A stretch of 64,000 nucleotides of DNA from a virus. Under the pieces are notes generated by a model that saw nothing but the letters and a program-made list of their open reading frames with translations, was not told the DNA's origin and ran no database searches. The DNA is taken from the IMG/VR virus record IMGVR_UViG_3300012953_000020, positions 1 to 64,000 of that record; one strand, written 5' to 3'. Positions within the stretch are counted from its first letter, which is position 1. The number at the start of each line of letters is the position of its first letter. Made by a program: the position numbers and the translations under genes. Below, one piece after another: positions 8,481-17,981 of the stretch.

Positions 8481-11400
8481 AAACAACTAAAGAATTTTTT
8501 CCTTTGCTTCTGATGTCTAAAACGTTATCTACAACATCTTTAATCGCGTCAATGTGAGAAATAACGAATATATGTCTAAACCACTTCTTTAGTGCAACAA
8601 GTAGCCGGCTACAGGCCTCTATATTACCTTCATCCAGACTACCGAAGCCCTCATCAATTATAAGCAGATCTGACTTTGGTAAATTAGAAACGTTGATAAG
8701 GGCGACTCTAATCGCTAGAGAAGATAACATTTTCTCCATACCAGATGCACACTCTATTACCCTCTTAGAGTCTCCGTAATTTATAAATACGTCAAGAGCG
8801 TTGGTTGAATCGTCAGCCGATATCTCTATCGTAAACTCAACAACACCGTGTAATATCTTTTCTATCTCAGAATTTATGGCTGGCAACTGAACGCTCATAA
8901 TCTTTAAAGGAATACCCTTCTTATCGACAGCCTGCAAGAAGGCGTTATAGGCGTTCCACTGCTTTTTCATATTCGCGAATTTTTGCTTCTGCTCTTCAGA
9001 ATCGACCAGTTGCTGCTGAAGTAAGCCTATTTTTTCGCTTAACCTAAGTTTTTCAGCATCCAGAAAATTAGATCTCCCTGTAAGGGTTTTTAGCGTTTTC
9101 TTTAAGCGGGATATCTCTTTCTTTTCTGAGCCCTTTGTCGCATTTAATTTCATTTTTGAAAGCTTGTTTTTCTCTTCTAGAAGATTTTGAGCCACGTTGG
9201 AGTCCTCAACCTCCAACTCAGTCAGGCCAACAAGACTGTTCCCTCTTTCCAGCTTTAGATCTGATTCTGTTTTTAAGATATCATCGTACTTTTTAACTTT
9301 GTCTTCCAGAGACTCGCCGAGCATCTTTTTTAAATTCCGCTTGACAGCCGAACAGTTGGCTGATATCTCTGAAACACGCTCTTCTTGACCCGGAATTTTT
9401 TTCTTGGAAAGGTGAGAGTCTTTAATAAATTTACAAGTTGGATATGCATCACCGCACGGGACCACCTCTAAAGTACTGGCGCTCTTCTTTTGAGACTTTA
9501 GTAGCGTTCTCTCTTTTTCTAATAGGTGTTGAATATTTTGGAGACTATTTTCTATCTCTTTTTGCTGTCCTAGCTTTTCCTTCAGCTCTTCCACCGGGAA
9601 CTGATCTTTGATGGAAGCAATTTTGCTTAATTTTCCTTCTGTTTCTGATATCTCTTCTGAGATAGCTATAATCTTTTTCTTCATCTTATCACTTCTAGAT
9701 TTTAGCTCTTTAAGCAGAAGTTCTTGTGATTCTATCTCATCCTCGGTAAAAGACTCAGAGTTTTCGTGAGTCGCAAGGAGGAGCTTTAGGCTGTCTACTT
9801 CTTCTCTGACTTTTTTGCACTGCTGCTCTGTTTCATCTCTATCGCTTATTAAGGACTCCAGCTCGAGCCTTTTACTACGGATGATTGTTGCCCAATCTCT
9901 ATCAGGCGCGCTTTTCATTGATCCCTTAAGCTCGGAAAACTCATTCTTCGCGATGTTGAGCATATTGTCAAAAATACCTAAGTCAAGAAACTTCGTAAGA
10001 ATCGATTTTCTGACGGTCGCTCCATTCTTGATAAAGTTATTCATTGAACCCTGGCTGGCCAGCGATGTCAAAAGAAAGTCATCAGCTGTGCCGACAAGAG
10101 CTTTTAGATCTTTCTCTGTTTCTCGGCGCTGCTCGCCACTAAGATCTTCCACCTTGTTACCAGCTGGATCAATCTTCCAAAGGTTAAGGGCGGTTGAAGC
10201 TGAAGTCTTACCAGCTCTAGATGTGTGCTTAGCCGATTGTCTTTCTATCTTGTATGGCTTGCCGTTTACAGTTAGATCAACCTCTACATTACAAAAGCCT
10301 TTTCTAGAATTGATAACATGCAGATTCTTAATTGCACCACGATCTGTAGAATTGAATAGACCGTACATGATGGTACCGGGGATAGAAGACTTCCCTGTCC
10401 TGTTTTTTCCGAATATTCCAGTGATGCCGTGCATCTTTTCAAAGTCTATCTTATTCCCGTTTCCGTAGCCAAAAGTGTTGTCAAACCTCAGCTTCTTTAG
10501 AGACCACTTAAGGTTTTTTCTAGACTCTCCGCGAGAGGCTTCTGATGCAATTCTCTTGGTCATCGACTCTAGGATCTCTCGCTCTTCTTCACTTAGAACA
10601 AACGTCTTTGTATAGTCACTCATGAGCTTCACGTGAGTTGAAGGGTTTAAGAGATCACTCTTATCGAGCGTGGTATCTCCAATGCTGATAGTATCATCCT
10701 GGTTGTCTTCGATATCCCACTTAAAAACAACCTCTGTCGCTTTATAGGCTTCCCTTAATTCATTAAAGAGCTGTTTTATTTCAGATTGTGGGATAGTCTT
10801 ACTAGATCTGATCCTAAACCTGCCGTAGGTCATAGACTCATCAATAGTGTCCAATGTAGAAGAAACTGTTCCTGCCCATGGGATGGTATAGAAAGAAAAC
10901 CTATTTCTAACAGGAAAGAATTCTGTGCTAAAATTGTCTTTATCGATTATGTCCCATACCATGAACCCCTTCTCTAGATCTTCGCCATAGTTTTGCTGAA
11001 TTGTTGATCCGCAATAAGCAACTCTTTTTTCCGAGTCTAAAAACTGAGACTTATGGATATCGCCTAAAAAGGTAAAGTCAAAATCCTTAAAGAAATCTAC
11101 TGTGATCTGATTCGGTTCATCAATCTCCCAATCACTATCGACTTTCGACCCTTGTACAGGCCCGTGAAAAAGGGCGATATTAATCATCTGTGGGTCTGGT
11201 TTCACAGAAGACCATGACTCTTCATCAAAACAAGAAAATACACACCAGTTCACCCCGTGTGGCTCTAGCGGATATGTACCGGTGTCCTTGTACAAAAATA
11301 TTCTATCGTTGTTTATAGCTTGTATTATAGGGGTGATTGCATCTTGTCGATCTTTGTTTAAGATCAAGCCATCATGATTACCTAATATCACATGGACTGG

Positions 11401-11622
11401 CGCGACTTCAGCAAGACCCTTAAACCACCAGACCAAAACGTCAATCAGCTCAGGGGAAATCCCTTGGGTCTTTGAATGAACAATATCACCACCAATATAG
11501 ATGGCGTCTAATTCCATTTCCGACAATTGAACGAATATATCAGAGAAAACCTCTCTATATTCATCATGACGTGATAAACCACGAAAATGAATGTCAGCAA
11601 AATGCGCGCACTTAAAACCCAT
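8473..11622 (-). CDS. Fused Mre11(SbcD/gp47)-Rad50(SbcC/gp46) nuclease-ATPase, 1049 aa
   Basis: N-terminal metallophosphoesterase motifs ADIH, GGDIVH, GNHD, LFHG, GDIH. Then ABC-ATPase Walker A GKNRTGKSS, Q-loop LASQG, a long coiled coil, signature ASGME, Walker B/D-loop IIDEGFGSLD and H-loop ISH. Confidence 0.93.
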   Translation of the reverse strand: MGFKCAHFADIHFRGLSRHDEYREVFSDIFVQLSEMELDAIYIGGDIVHSKTQGISPELIDVLVWWFKGLAEVAPVHVILGNHDGLILNKDRQDAITPIIQAINNDRIFLYKDTGTYPLEPHGVNWCVFSCFDEESWSSVKPDPQMINIALFHGPVQGSKVDSDWEIDEPNQITVDFFKDFDFTFLGDIHKSQFLDSEKRVAYCGSTIQQNYGEDLEKGFMVWDIIDKDNFSTEFFPVRNRFSFYTIPWAGTVSSTLDTIDESMTYGRFRIRSSKTIPQSEIKQLFNELREAYKATEVVFKWDIEDNQDDTISIGDTTLDKSDLLNPSTHVKLMSDYTKTFVLSEEEREILESMTKRIASEASRGESRKNLKWSLKKLRFDNTFGYGNGNKIDFEKMHGITGIFGKNRTGKSSIPGTIMYGLFNSTDRGAIKNLHVINSRKGFCNVEVDLTVNGKPYKIERQSAKHTSRAGKTSASTALNLWKIDPAGNKVEDLSGEQRRETEKDLKALVGTADDFLLTSLASQGSMNNFIKNGATVRKSILTKFLDLGIFDNMLNIAKNEFSELKGSMKSAPDRDWATIIRSKRLELESLISDRDETEQQCKKVREEVDSLKLLLATHENSESFTEDEIESQELLLKELKSRSDKMKKKIIAISEEISETEGKLSKIASIKDQFPVEELKEKLGQQKEIENSLQNIQHLLEKERTLLKSQKKSASTLEVVPCGDAYPTCKFIKDSHLSKKKIPGQEERVSEISANCSAVKRNLKKMLGESLEDKVKKYDDILKTESDLKLERGNSLVGLTELEVEDSNVAQNLLEEKNKLSKMKLNATKGSEKKEISRLKKTLKTLTGRSNFLDAEKLRLSEKIGLLQQQLVDSEEQKQKFANMKKQWNAYNAFLQAVDKKGIPLKIMSVQLPAINSEIEKILHGVVEFTIEISADDSTNALDVFINYGDSKRVIECASGMEKMLSSLAIRVALINVSNLPKSDLLIIDEGFGSLDEGNIEACSRLLVALKKWFRHIFVISHIDAIKDVVDNVLDIRSKGKNSLVVYE

Positions 11623-11631
11623 TAAAATACC

Positions 11632-12597
11632 TTAAACTAGAGAACCGGACTTGATTGATGATATCAGTCCTAAGAGTCTATCATTTCTGCCAAAGGGCTT
11701 GGCAGCTTGCAAACGTTCGAGAAAACTGTCTTTAGACATTGCACCTACGTCTTCATATCCAGAACAGTCCAATACCCTCACGCTTATACCGTACGACAGT
11801 AACAAACGAGCGATGTTGTGGGACTTGTCTATAACGTCCGGATCAAGAGCCAGACAGACAGGCGTACCATTCTTCACTATCTTTTTAAATAATACCTGAT
11901 CTTCCTTTAAAGTACAACCAAGCAAGCAAGTAGCGTTATCATTAGCCTTTATCAAATCAAACGGGCCCTCAACTAAGGTAAGCTCCGAGGCCCAATCTAT
12001 GTTTATGTCGTTAAATATGACATCTTTCTTTGGGACCTTCGAATTGATGTACTTCATTCTAGACTGTTTCCCTACAGATCTAGCAACGAAATAGTTTAAT
12101 TCACCTGACTCGTCAAAAGAAGGCATTATCACTCTTCTTCTAAACCTCCCAGTGGTCACCGCGCCTAATTTAAAATACCACAAATCGCGAGTAGACATCC
12201 CTCTGGATTTAGCGTAATTGATAGATGCCTTAATATCAGGGTCAGGGTGATTAAATGCCTCTGCTAGCAGAACAAATCCCTCTGGTAGCTCAACATGATG
12301 TTCTTGCTGGGTTGGTGGATCTGCTGTTTTAGAAAAATCCTTGAATAAACGAATAGCTTCTGAAACTAAGCTAGGCTTAAACTTAGAAACCAGCTTTTTT
12401 ATACCAACACCAGACTCTGCGCAAACCCAGCAGTTGTATTGTTGGGTCTCCATGTGAATCACAAGTTTAAGCTTGGATGATCCATGAGACTTACACTTCT
12501 TGTTCGGACAAGCGACTTCTACATTATCGTTATTATCGGTTGTTCTGATTTTTGAAAATGCTCTTCTAAGAAAAGCTAATCTTTCTGTCCTAGACAA
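11632..12597 (-). CDS. DNA primase (zinc-binding plus TOPRIM, DnaG/gp61-like)
   Basis: CPNKKC...CWVC zinc ribbon; RVIMP...YFVARS, KYINS, VEGPFD, LDPD TOPRIM motifs; TTG start. Confidence 0.88.
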   Translation of the reverse strand: MSRTERLAFLRRAFSKIRTTDNNDNVEVACPNKKCKSHGSSKLKLVIHMETQQYNCWVCAESGVGIKKLVSKFKPSLVSEAIRLFKDFSKTADPPTQQEHHVELPEGFVLLAEAFNHPDPDIKASINYAKSRGMSTRDLWYFKLGAVTTGRFRRRVIMPSFDESGELNYFVARSVGKQSRMKYINSKVPKKDVIFNDINIDWASELTLVEGPFDLIKANDNATCLLGCTLKEDQVLFKKIVKNGTPVCLALDPDVIDKSHNIARLLLSYGISVRVLDCSGYEDVGAMSKDSFLERLQAAKPFGRNDRLLGLISSIKSGSLV

Positions 12598-13139
12598 TAT
12601 TCTTCCTGTACGACGGCGCTTTGAGCGATTACATATGCATCTGCCATATCATAACACTCTTTTACAAGAATTACACTTCCTTTCCTAGGACCGCCCTTGA
12701 GAACCTTTGTTGGCCAATGTAGGCCTGGATCTTTACCTTGCACAAATTCCAATATTTGCTGCTTTGTGTTTTTATCAGACTTTCTGTTGACCTTAATCCC
12801 TACAAGCTTTCTAGCAGCGTTGACATTGACAAATTCAGGTTCAATCTTAAAGACCTCTGAGGCCATGTAGGTGCAGACCCCATTAAACCTAGCCAGAGTC
12901 ACAATAGTTTTTGCGCTGGAAAGACCTGGTCGAAAAGCTTGAAGATTTTCTTCTATTACGACGCTATTAACTTTGTAATCTTTGTCTAGGGACTTTAAGA
13001 CCTCTTTAAACTTTTCAGCTTTTTGAAAGAGAGTCTTTTGCTTTGAGAGATCCACGAAATCTAAAAGCTTAACAGCACCCTTCGCATCAGTAATGCACAG
13101 CCCGATTGTAGACGTTGATATATCTAGTCCTAATATCAT
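12576..13139 (-). CDS. RuvC-like Holliday junction resolvase
   Basis: ILGLDISTSTIG, VVIEE and DMADAYVIA acidic catalytic motifs of the RuvC/RNase H fold. Confidence 0.85.
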   Translation of the reverse strand: MILGLDISTSTIGLCITDAKGAVKLLDFVDLSKQKTLFQKAEKFKEVLKSLDKDYKVNSVVIEENLQAFRPGLSSAKTIVTLARFNGVCTYMASEVFKIEPEFVNVNAARKLVGIKVNRKSDKNTKQQILEFVQGKDPGLHWPTKVLKGGPRKGSVILVKECYDMADAYVIAQSAVVQEEYCLGQKD

Positions 13140-13144
13140 GATAT

Positions 13145-13173
13145 ATTATAAACTTCTAGTAGTCGATCTTAAA
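13145..13173 (-). promoter_or_regulatory. Candidate sigma70-like promoter TTTAAG-N17-TATAAT before the RuvC-primase-Mre11/Rad50 cluster
   Basis: Perfect -10 hexamer 5 nt before the ATG; no SD. Confidence 0.45.
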
Positions 13174-16100
13174 CTTAAAGACGTAACGATCTTCATCTTT
13201 TCTGACTATTGGTCTAGAAAGATTTACTTTCCCAATAACATTCAGGTTCTCATCGTGCATGTGCATATTCGTGATCAAGTTACAACCGATCTCTGCATCG
13301 GCCGGTAAGTCAGTGGGGGAAAGCCTTTGATAGGTAGGGTTCGTAGATATCTTAGCTTCTTCAGCTGAGATTGGTACTCTCATCTCCAAGACGTGCAGGT
13401 TTCTGTCTCCCTTAAACGTAGTAACAAATTGTTGCGTCCCAAAAGATGGAATAGTCGGGTTTGTCAAACATACCAAGCCCTCTTCGTACAAAATGATGCC
13501 AGCAGAAGACCATGTCGGGTGACTACCTGAAGCATCGCACCTGTACAGCGCACCGTAACCATTGTCCTTGAATGTAAGTCTAATTTTGCCAGCAGATCCT
13601 GTGACGTATGGATCATGCATCTGGAAAGACTCGTACTTTATCGAATCGCCATAGAATATGTTCGATATGTCCAGAAACATTATTTCATTTGAATCGGTGT
13701 CTCTTGTACGATTTAACACGGTCAAACCAATGGAGCTCTGCATGCCGTAGGCTTTCGTGGAGGAAATTAGACCGATATCAGCTTGACCGTCAAGATCAGC
13801 GTCGACTGGCATTGCGACTTCGATGGGAGGGAATAACTGATCCTGAATCGACTCTACATTCCCTGTTTCTTCATCAAATGATACCAGCTCGTTATACTGC
13901 GCTTGTAGAGACAACATATTCCTTAACGTTACCATTCCCTTCGCCGGCTTACCTGCATCGTTAACAAAGAAAAAACCTGATGAACCTGTTGTCATAAGAG
14001 AGACTCTGTCGTCTAAAAAGCTCATACCAGGTTTAAGCTGACCTAAGTCGCTAGGAAGTATTGTTAGATTTCTCTTTCTATTTTCCGGTCTTATCAGCAA
14101 AGCCTCACTAGCAAGAATAAAGTCAAAATCATCAGATGAAAAATTAGACCATGTACCTTTTGGCTCTGTTGCTGAAAGATTGTGACACCTTGCTTGTTCT
14201 CCGGTTATGAAATCGTAACTGAAGTTTTCTAGATTTAGTAGTCTACCGCCTTGACCGAACGACAAGTCTGTGTTGAATGGAGTATAGCTGCTGGAATAAT
14301 GAGTTTGAGTCACTGAGCTCAGCATCTGCCTCACAGAGCTAGAGGGTACAAAGTACGGTGGCAAATAAAACAAGAAGTCTTCATCGCCAAAGTTGTAATA
14401 CCCTGACTCTGAAGTTGATCTTATCTCAGATATAGATCTCCATCTGCTGAATATTCTCACCTCTTGTAGTTCAGCGTTTAATGGTGAATCGAAACCATGG
14501 GTTAAGTTTTCTTCCTGCTCCATGTCTACTGCGTCTATTAACATCTTTGTGCCGTGCCTGACCGCTGAACCTGAATCAAACAGAAAACCAGTTTTTGAAG
14601 CAGTAGAATTAGAGTTACCGAAAACCGGTTCGCGAGAAGATATCTGAAACAAATCTGTCAAGTAGTTACCGTGAGAACCAGATGCTGCTTTTTGTTCTTT
14701 TGTTATTCTTACCGAACTCGACGCGATCAAATCAATACGGCCGGCCTCATACGTCAATTGAATTTGAGTATTATCTACTACTTGCGCATTTAAAATAGAA
14801 GAAAGAGAGCTGTTTATAAAATTCAACCCGCCAGTAAATTTATCAGGCACCGTCAAGTTTGTGATTGAAGACGGCGTGGTGGCAATATCTTTGTTGCCAG
14901 CCGTCCCTTTTACTTCTTGGGTCAAATTTAATCGGCCACCGGTGCTAGTAGCAACGATTGTTGATCCATGACCCCCGTATGAACCAGCTGGGTCTGTATT
15001 TATGGCCGCGGCTAAACTAGCAGCTGCGATTGCAGCCTTTTGAGACGCTGTACCAGAAGTACTACCCCTTTTGAACTTGGAGTTTGCAGAAGTAGAAGTA
15101 TAGTTGAATGAACCATCGTTGACTGCCTGGTACGTCTTACTAAGGCCAGCTGTGTTCGTCACCGTGATGGTGTTGTTAGCTGCTATCTCTCCAGTAAATA
15201 TCAATGTTGCGGCCGCGGCGGTGCCGAGGGTGAGCGTCTTGTCCACAGAAGCGCCGTTGATAGCAGATGTTAGAGCAGCAGCATTTTGAGAAGCCGTTCT
15301 TGTGTTGTTCAAATCAACTGTGTCTGCTGTAGGAGAGCCATCAACTTCTTCAAAAAATATCGTTCTTGTGCCGGCGAGGCTACCAGCACTTGTAAGATTT
15401 ATCTTTATGCTGCCGCTAGCGTGAGTGTTGGGTACAGTCGGGTTAAAACTTGAGCCGTCTACTACATTTATTAAATCGTCATCGTCAACAGAGAGTGAGT
15501 TTGAACACTTATATCTATTTCCAATAACTAGTGCCGAGGGCACATCGTTAGGATTTGATATCGTCGCGGTTTCTCTAGAGAGCTCAGTGTTTGGAATCAC
15601 AAAATCGCCGGCGTGAAGATTGTTGATGTAGAAGCTTCCAGTATAGTTGTTCTGTGTCGAGCCGCCCCACCTAATTGCACAATAACTCCACCTGTCTTTT
15701 TCTAGAAACCCATCTGCAGACCAGTACGTACGTGTTGACATGCTACCTGACGCTTCGTCTTTACTTATTGGTATGATCACTTTGCTCGGTGGTCTCACAG
15801 AATTATTTCCGAGCTGTAGCAGCAATCTGAACGATTTTGGTCGACCATGTTCATCTTTGTGAGATCCAGAGACCAAAGAAACAGAATAACAGTTCGGCAT
15901 GTGCATAATCGTACCAGCGTCATAAGAATCGGCAGCAGTGTCCGTTGTATATCTTGGGTTGATGTAAAACTCAAAGCTGAATGAACTAGAAGTGTAATAT
16001 CTAGTTGGTCTGTACCCCTCTGATACACTTCCGCTAGTCGGAATAGGATAAACTAGTGCCGTGTCGCTAGGTACATTTGAAGGGTGAGCAGCGGAAGAGG

Positions 16101-16572
16101 TGAAGAAGTTTAAACTGTGGTAATTTGAGAACCCAAAAGACATTGGTTTCTCATATTCTCCCTGGTAAAAGGGGAGCAAGTTCTTTATGAAAACTGATTT
16201 TCTTATCGTGTTTGAATTAAAGCGGTGGGGCATATCGAATTTATAGACAATAAGCTTCTTAGTATTATCTAGAGAGCCCGCAAGCTTTCCTAGATTCGTC
16301 AGGTAGTTCTCCACTAACCCAGCAATGTCGTTTCTAGATCTTTGATCATTCCTAATGACAATCCCAGAGTCGTCTTGGGTCAACAATGACTTTACATCAA
16401 ACGTATACTCTTCCAGTTCGCTAGTGATCTCTTTTAAGGTATCACTTCTTTCCGCGAAAAGAAACACATCACCAGTGATGCCACCAGCCGAAGAAGACAC
16501 AAAGCGCTGGTTGGGGTGAGTCTTTACTGAACTGACTTTTATGTCTTCAGGTAAAATAGGGATTAACGCCAT
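13156..16572 (-). CDS. Putative virion (baseplate/tail) protein with interrupted LamG-like domain and tail-collar-like C-terminus, 1138 aa
   Basis: FSFEFYINP...WSYCAIRW...FYINN...LVIGN followed much later by ELQEVRIFSR. The C-terminus HDENLNVIGKVNLSRPI...FKFKIDY parallels that of the 453-aa neighbour. Confidence 0.7.
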   Translation of the reverse strand: MALIPILPEDIKVSSVKTHPNQRFVSSSAGGITGDVFLFAERSDTLKEITSELEEYTFDVKSLLTQDDSGIVIRNDQRSRNDIAGLVENYLTNLGKLAGSLDNTKKLIVYKFDMPHRFNSNTIRKSVFIKNLLPFYQGEYEKPMSFGFSNYHSLNFFTSSAAHPSNVPSDTALVYPIPTSGSVSEGYRPTRYYTSSSFSFEFYINPRYTTDTAADSYDAGTIMHMPNCYSVSLVSGSHKDEHGRPKSFRLLLQLGNNSVRPPSKVIIPISKDEASGSMSTRTYWSADGFLEKDRWSYCAIRWGGSTQNNYTGSFYINNLHAGDFVIPNTELSRETATISNPNDVPSALVIGNRYKCSNSLSVDDDDLINVVDGSSFNPTVPNTHASGSIKINLTSAGSLAGTRTIFFEEVDGSPTADTVDLNNTRTASQNAAALTSAINGASVDKTLTLGTAAAATLIFTGEIAANNTITVTNTAGLSKTYQAVNDGSFNYTSTSANSKFKRGSTSGTASQKAAIAAASLAAAINTDPAGSYGGHGSTIVATSTGGRLNLTQEVKGTAGNKDIATTPSSITNLTVPDKFTGGLNFINSSLSSILNAQVVDNTQIQLTYEAGRIDLIASSSVRITKEQKAASGSHGNYLTDLFQISSREPVFGNSNSTASKTGFLFDSGSAVRHGTKMLIDAVDMEQEENLTHGFDSPLNAELQEVRIFSRWRSISEIRSTSESGYYNFGDEDFLFYLPPYFVPSSSVRQMLSSVTQTHYSSSYTPFNTDLSFGQGGRLLNLENFSYDFITGEQARCHNLSATEPKGTWSNFSSDDFDFILASEALLIRPENRKRNLTILPSDLGQLKPGMSFLDDRVSLMTTGSSGFFFVNDAGKPAKGMVTLRNMLSLQAQYNELVSFDEETGNVESIQDQLFPPIEVAMPVDADLDGQADIGLISSTKAYGMQSSIGLTVLNRTRDTDSNEIMFLDISNIFYGDSIKYESFQMHDPYVTGSAGKIRLTFKDNGYGALYRCDASGSHPTWSSAGIILYEEGLVCLTNPTIPSFGTQQFVTTFKGDRNLHVLEMRVPISAEEAKISTNPTYQRLSPTDLPADAEIGCNLITNMHMHDENLNVIGKVNLSRPIVRKDEDRYVFKFKIDY

Positions 16573-16584
16573 TTTATCCCCTTC

Positions 16585-17946
16585 TTAGAAGTCTAGCCTT
16601 ACTCTAATTGTGAGATCTTTCTCATCATTCTTCTCTATTGGTCGCGACACTTTCGCTACAGCCAGCAGATCGTCATAATCGCCGTAGAGACCTACAGTCG
16701 TTATATAAGAGAAGGGCTTCTGAAGACTATTGACCGAAGATTCAGTGACTACGATCTGTCCGTCGCTGGCAACATAAGTTGGGTTAGAAGAATAGTTAAA
16801 CTCGTCGGGTTGAGCTCTAATAAAATAAATCGTTGAATTGATCTCTGTAGCGTTCTGGAAAGTAATTGCAGTACCAGCATCACTACCGAATCTAGTCACG
16901 CAAACATGATCGACTATATTATCAATAGAACCAGATGTCCAAAAATAAGGCCACATTCTACCACCAGACTGATCGGCTGTGGATGGAATTGTTGCAGAGC
17001 CAATTGGGTTACCGAAAGTCAGAACCCCGCCGGTTGTCTGCAGCGGCGGACCAAAAAGTGCTTTGCCTCTAGGAACAGAGTCTGTGCCTGCATACACACT
17101 GTCTGCAGAACCTGAAGAAGCTGATTCTGTCATGGCGTCAATCTTTCCATGACCTACGTCCGTCTTATCAAAGACCTTCTCTACATCCAGTACAATTGTA
17201 CCGTGGTCATAAAAGATCAGACCAACTACCTGACTGGTATCAGAAGCGTACACTATATTTCCGACTTCGCCACCATGAGACTGGGGCCTATTTGTGGAGG
17301 CACCGAAGTCAGTGTAGATCCTCTCTGTCGCTCCCATAATTTGAAACAAATTATCGTGAAACTTGTTGCTTATTCCTCCCGCTTTAGTCCCAGCTGAATT
17401 GGCAACGTTATAGTTTAGGCGCATTGCAAAAGTTTCTCTCTTGATTCCGTCTCTTACAAAAAGTCGATGAAAGCTGAAGAACAAGGCTGCGTTTATATTA
17501 TTGACAGCCGATGTTGTATCCATGCTATAGGGAGCCTGAAAGACCGCTTTAGGATCTCCCAGTAGTGTTGCCGCAAACTGCTTATAGACATCTTGCTTTT
17601 CTCTCATCATTAAAGAAGTATGTTTGTATCTTCTTTTAAGAGCCGTGTCTGTGCCTATAAATGCACCAGGCGCAGAAGTTTTTTCTGTTGACTCTGTTGA
17701 CTCTGGGTAAAACCCAAATGTCAAATCAAAAAGACTGTTTGCTGTCTGTAGACTGAAGTCTTGATCAAAGACTGTCTGGTATAACGATGATGTTACACCT
17801 GGTCCGAAACTAGAGGTGACAAAAACCTCGTAGCTCTTTCTGGAATTTGACCCTGAGACGTCTTCTCTTACAATATCTACAAGCTGATTTAAAACAGACT
17901 TAGTATTCTTAATGTCGTTACTTAACAAAGATTTAAAAACAGCCAC
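16585..17946 (-). CDS. Putative virion structural protein, 453 aa
   Basis: C-terminal EFNYSSNPTY...YITTVGLYGDYDDLLAVAKVSRPIEKNDEKDLTIRVRLDF resembles tail-collar/baseplate C-terminal motifs; GTG start. Confidence 0.7.
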   Translation of the reverse strand: MAVFKSLLSNDIKNTKSVLNQLVDIVREDVSGSNSRKSYEVFVTSSFGPGVTSSLYQTVFDQDFSLQTANSLFDLTFGFYPESTESTEKTSAPGAFIGTDTALKRRYKHTSLMMREKQDVYKQFAATLLGDPKAVFQAPYSMDTTSAVNNINAALFFSFHRLFVRDGIKRETFAMRLNYNVANSAGTKAGGISNKFHDNLFQIMGATERIYTDFGASTNRPQSHGGEVGNIVYASDTSQVVGLIFYDHGTIVLDVEKVFDKTDVGHGKIDAMTESASSGSADSVYAGTDSVPRGKALFGPPLQTTGGVLTFGNPIGSATIPSTADQSGGRMWPYFWTSGSIDNIVDHVCVTRFGSDAGTAITFQNATEINSTIYFIRAQPDEFNYSSNPTYVASDGQIVVTESSVNSLQKPFSYITTVGLYGDYDDLLAVAKVSRPIEKNDEKDLTIRVRLDF

Positions 17947-17981
17947 TTAAATTATCCCCTAACTTAAAACTAAAACAATCA

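Noticed and set aside
8473-11622. Giant eukaryotic virus origin suggested by the Mre11-Rad50 fusion
   Set aside because: T4-like portal, terminase and protease, SD sequences, overlapping genes and an intrinsic terminator indicate a prokaryotic tailed virus.
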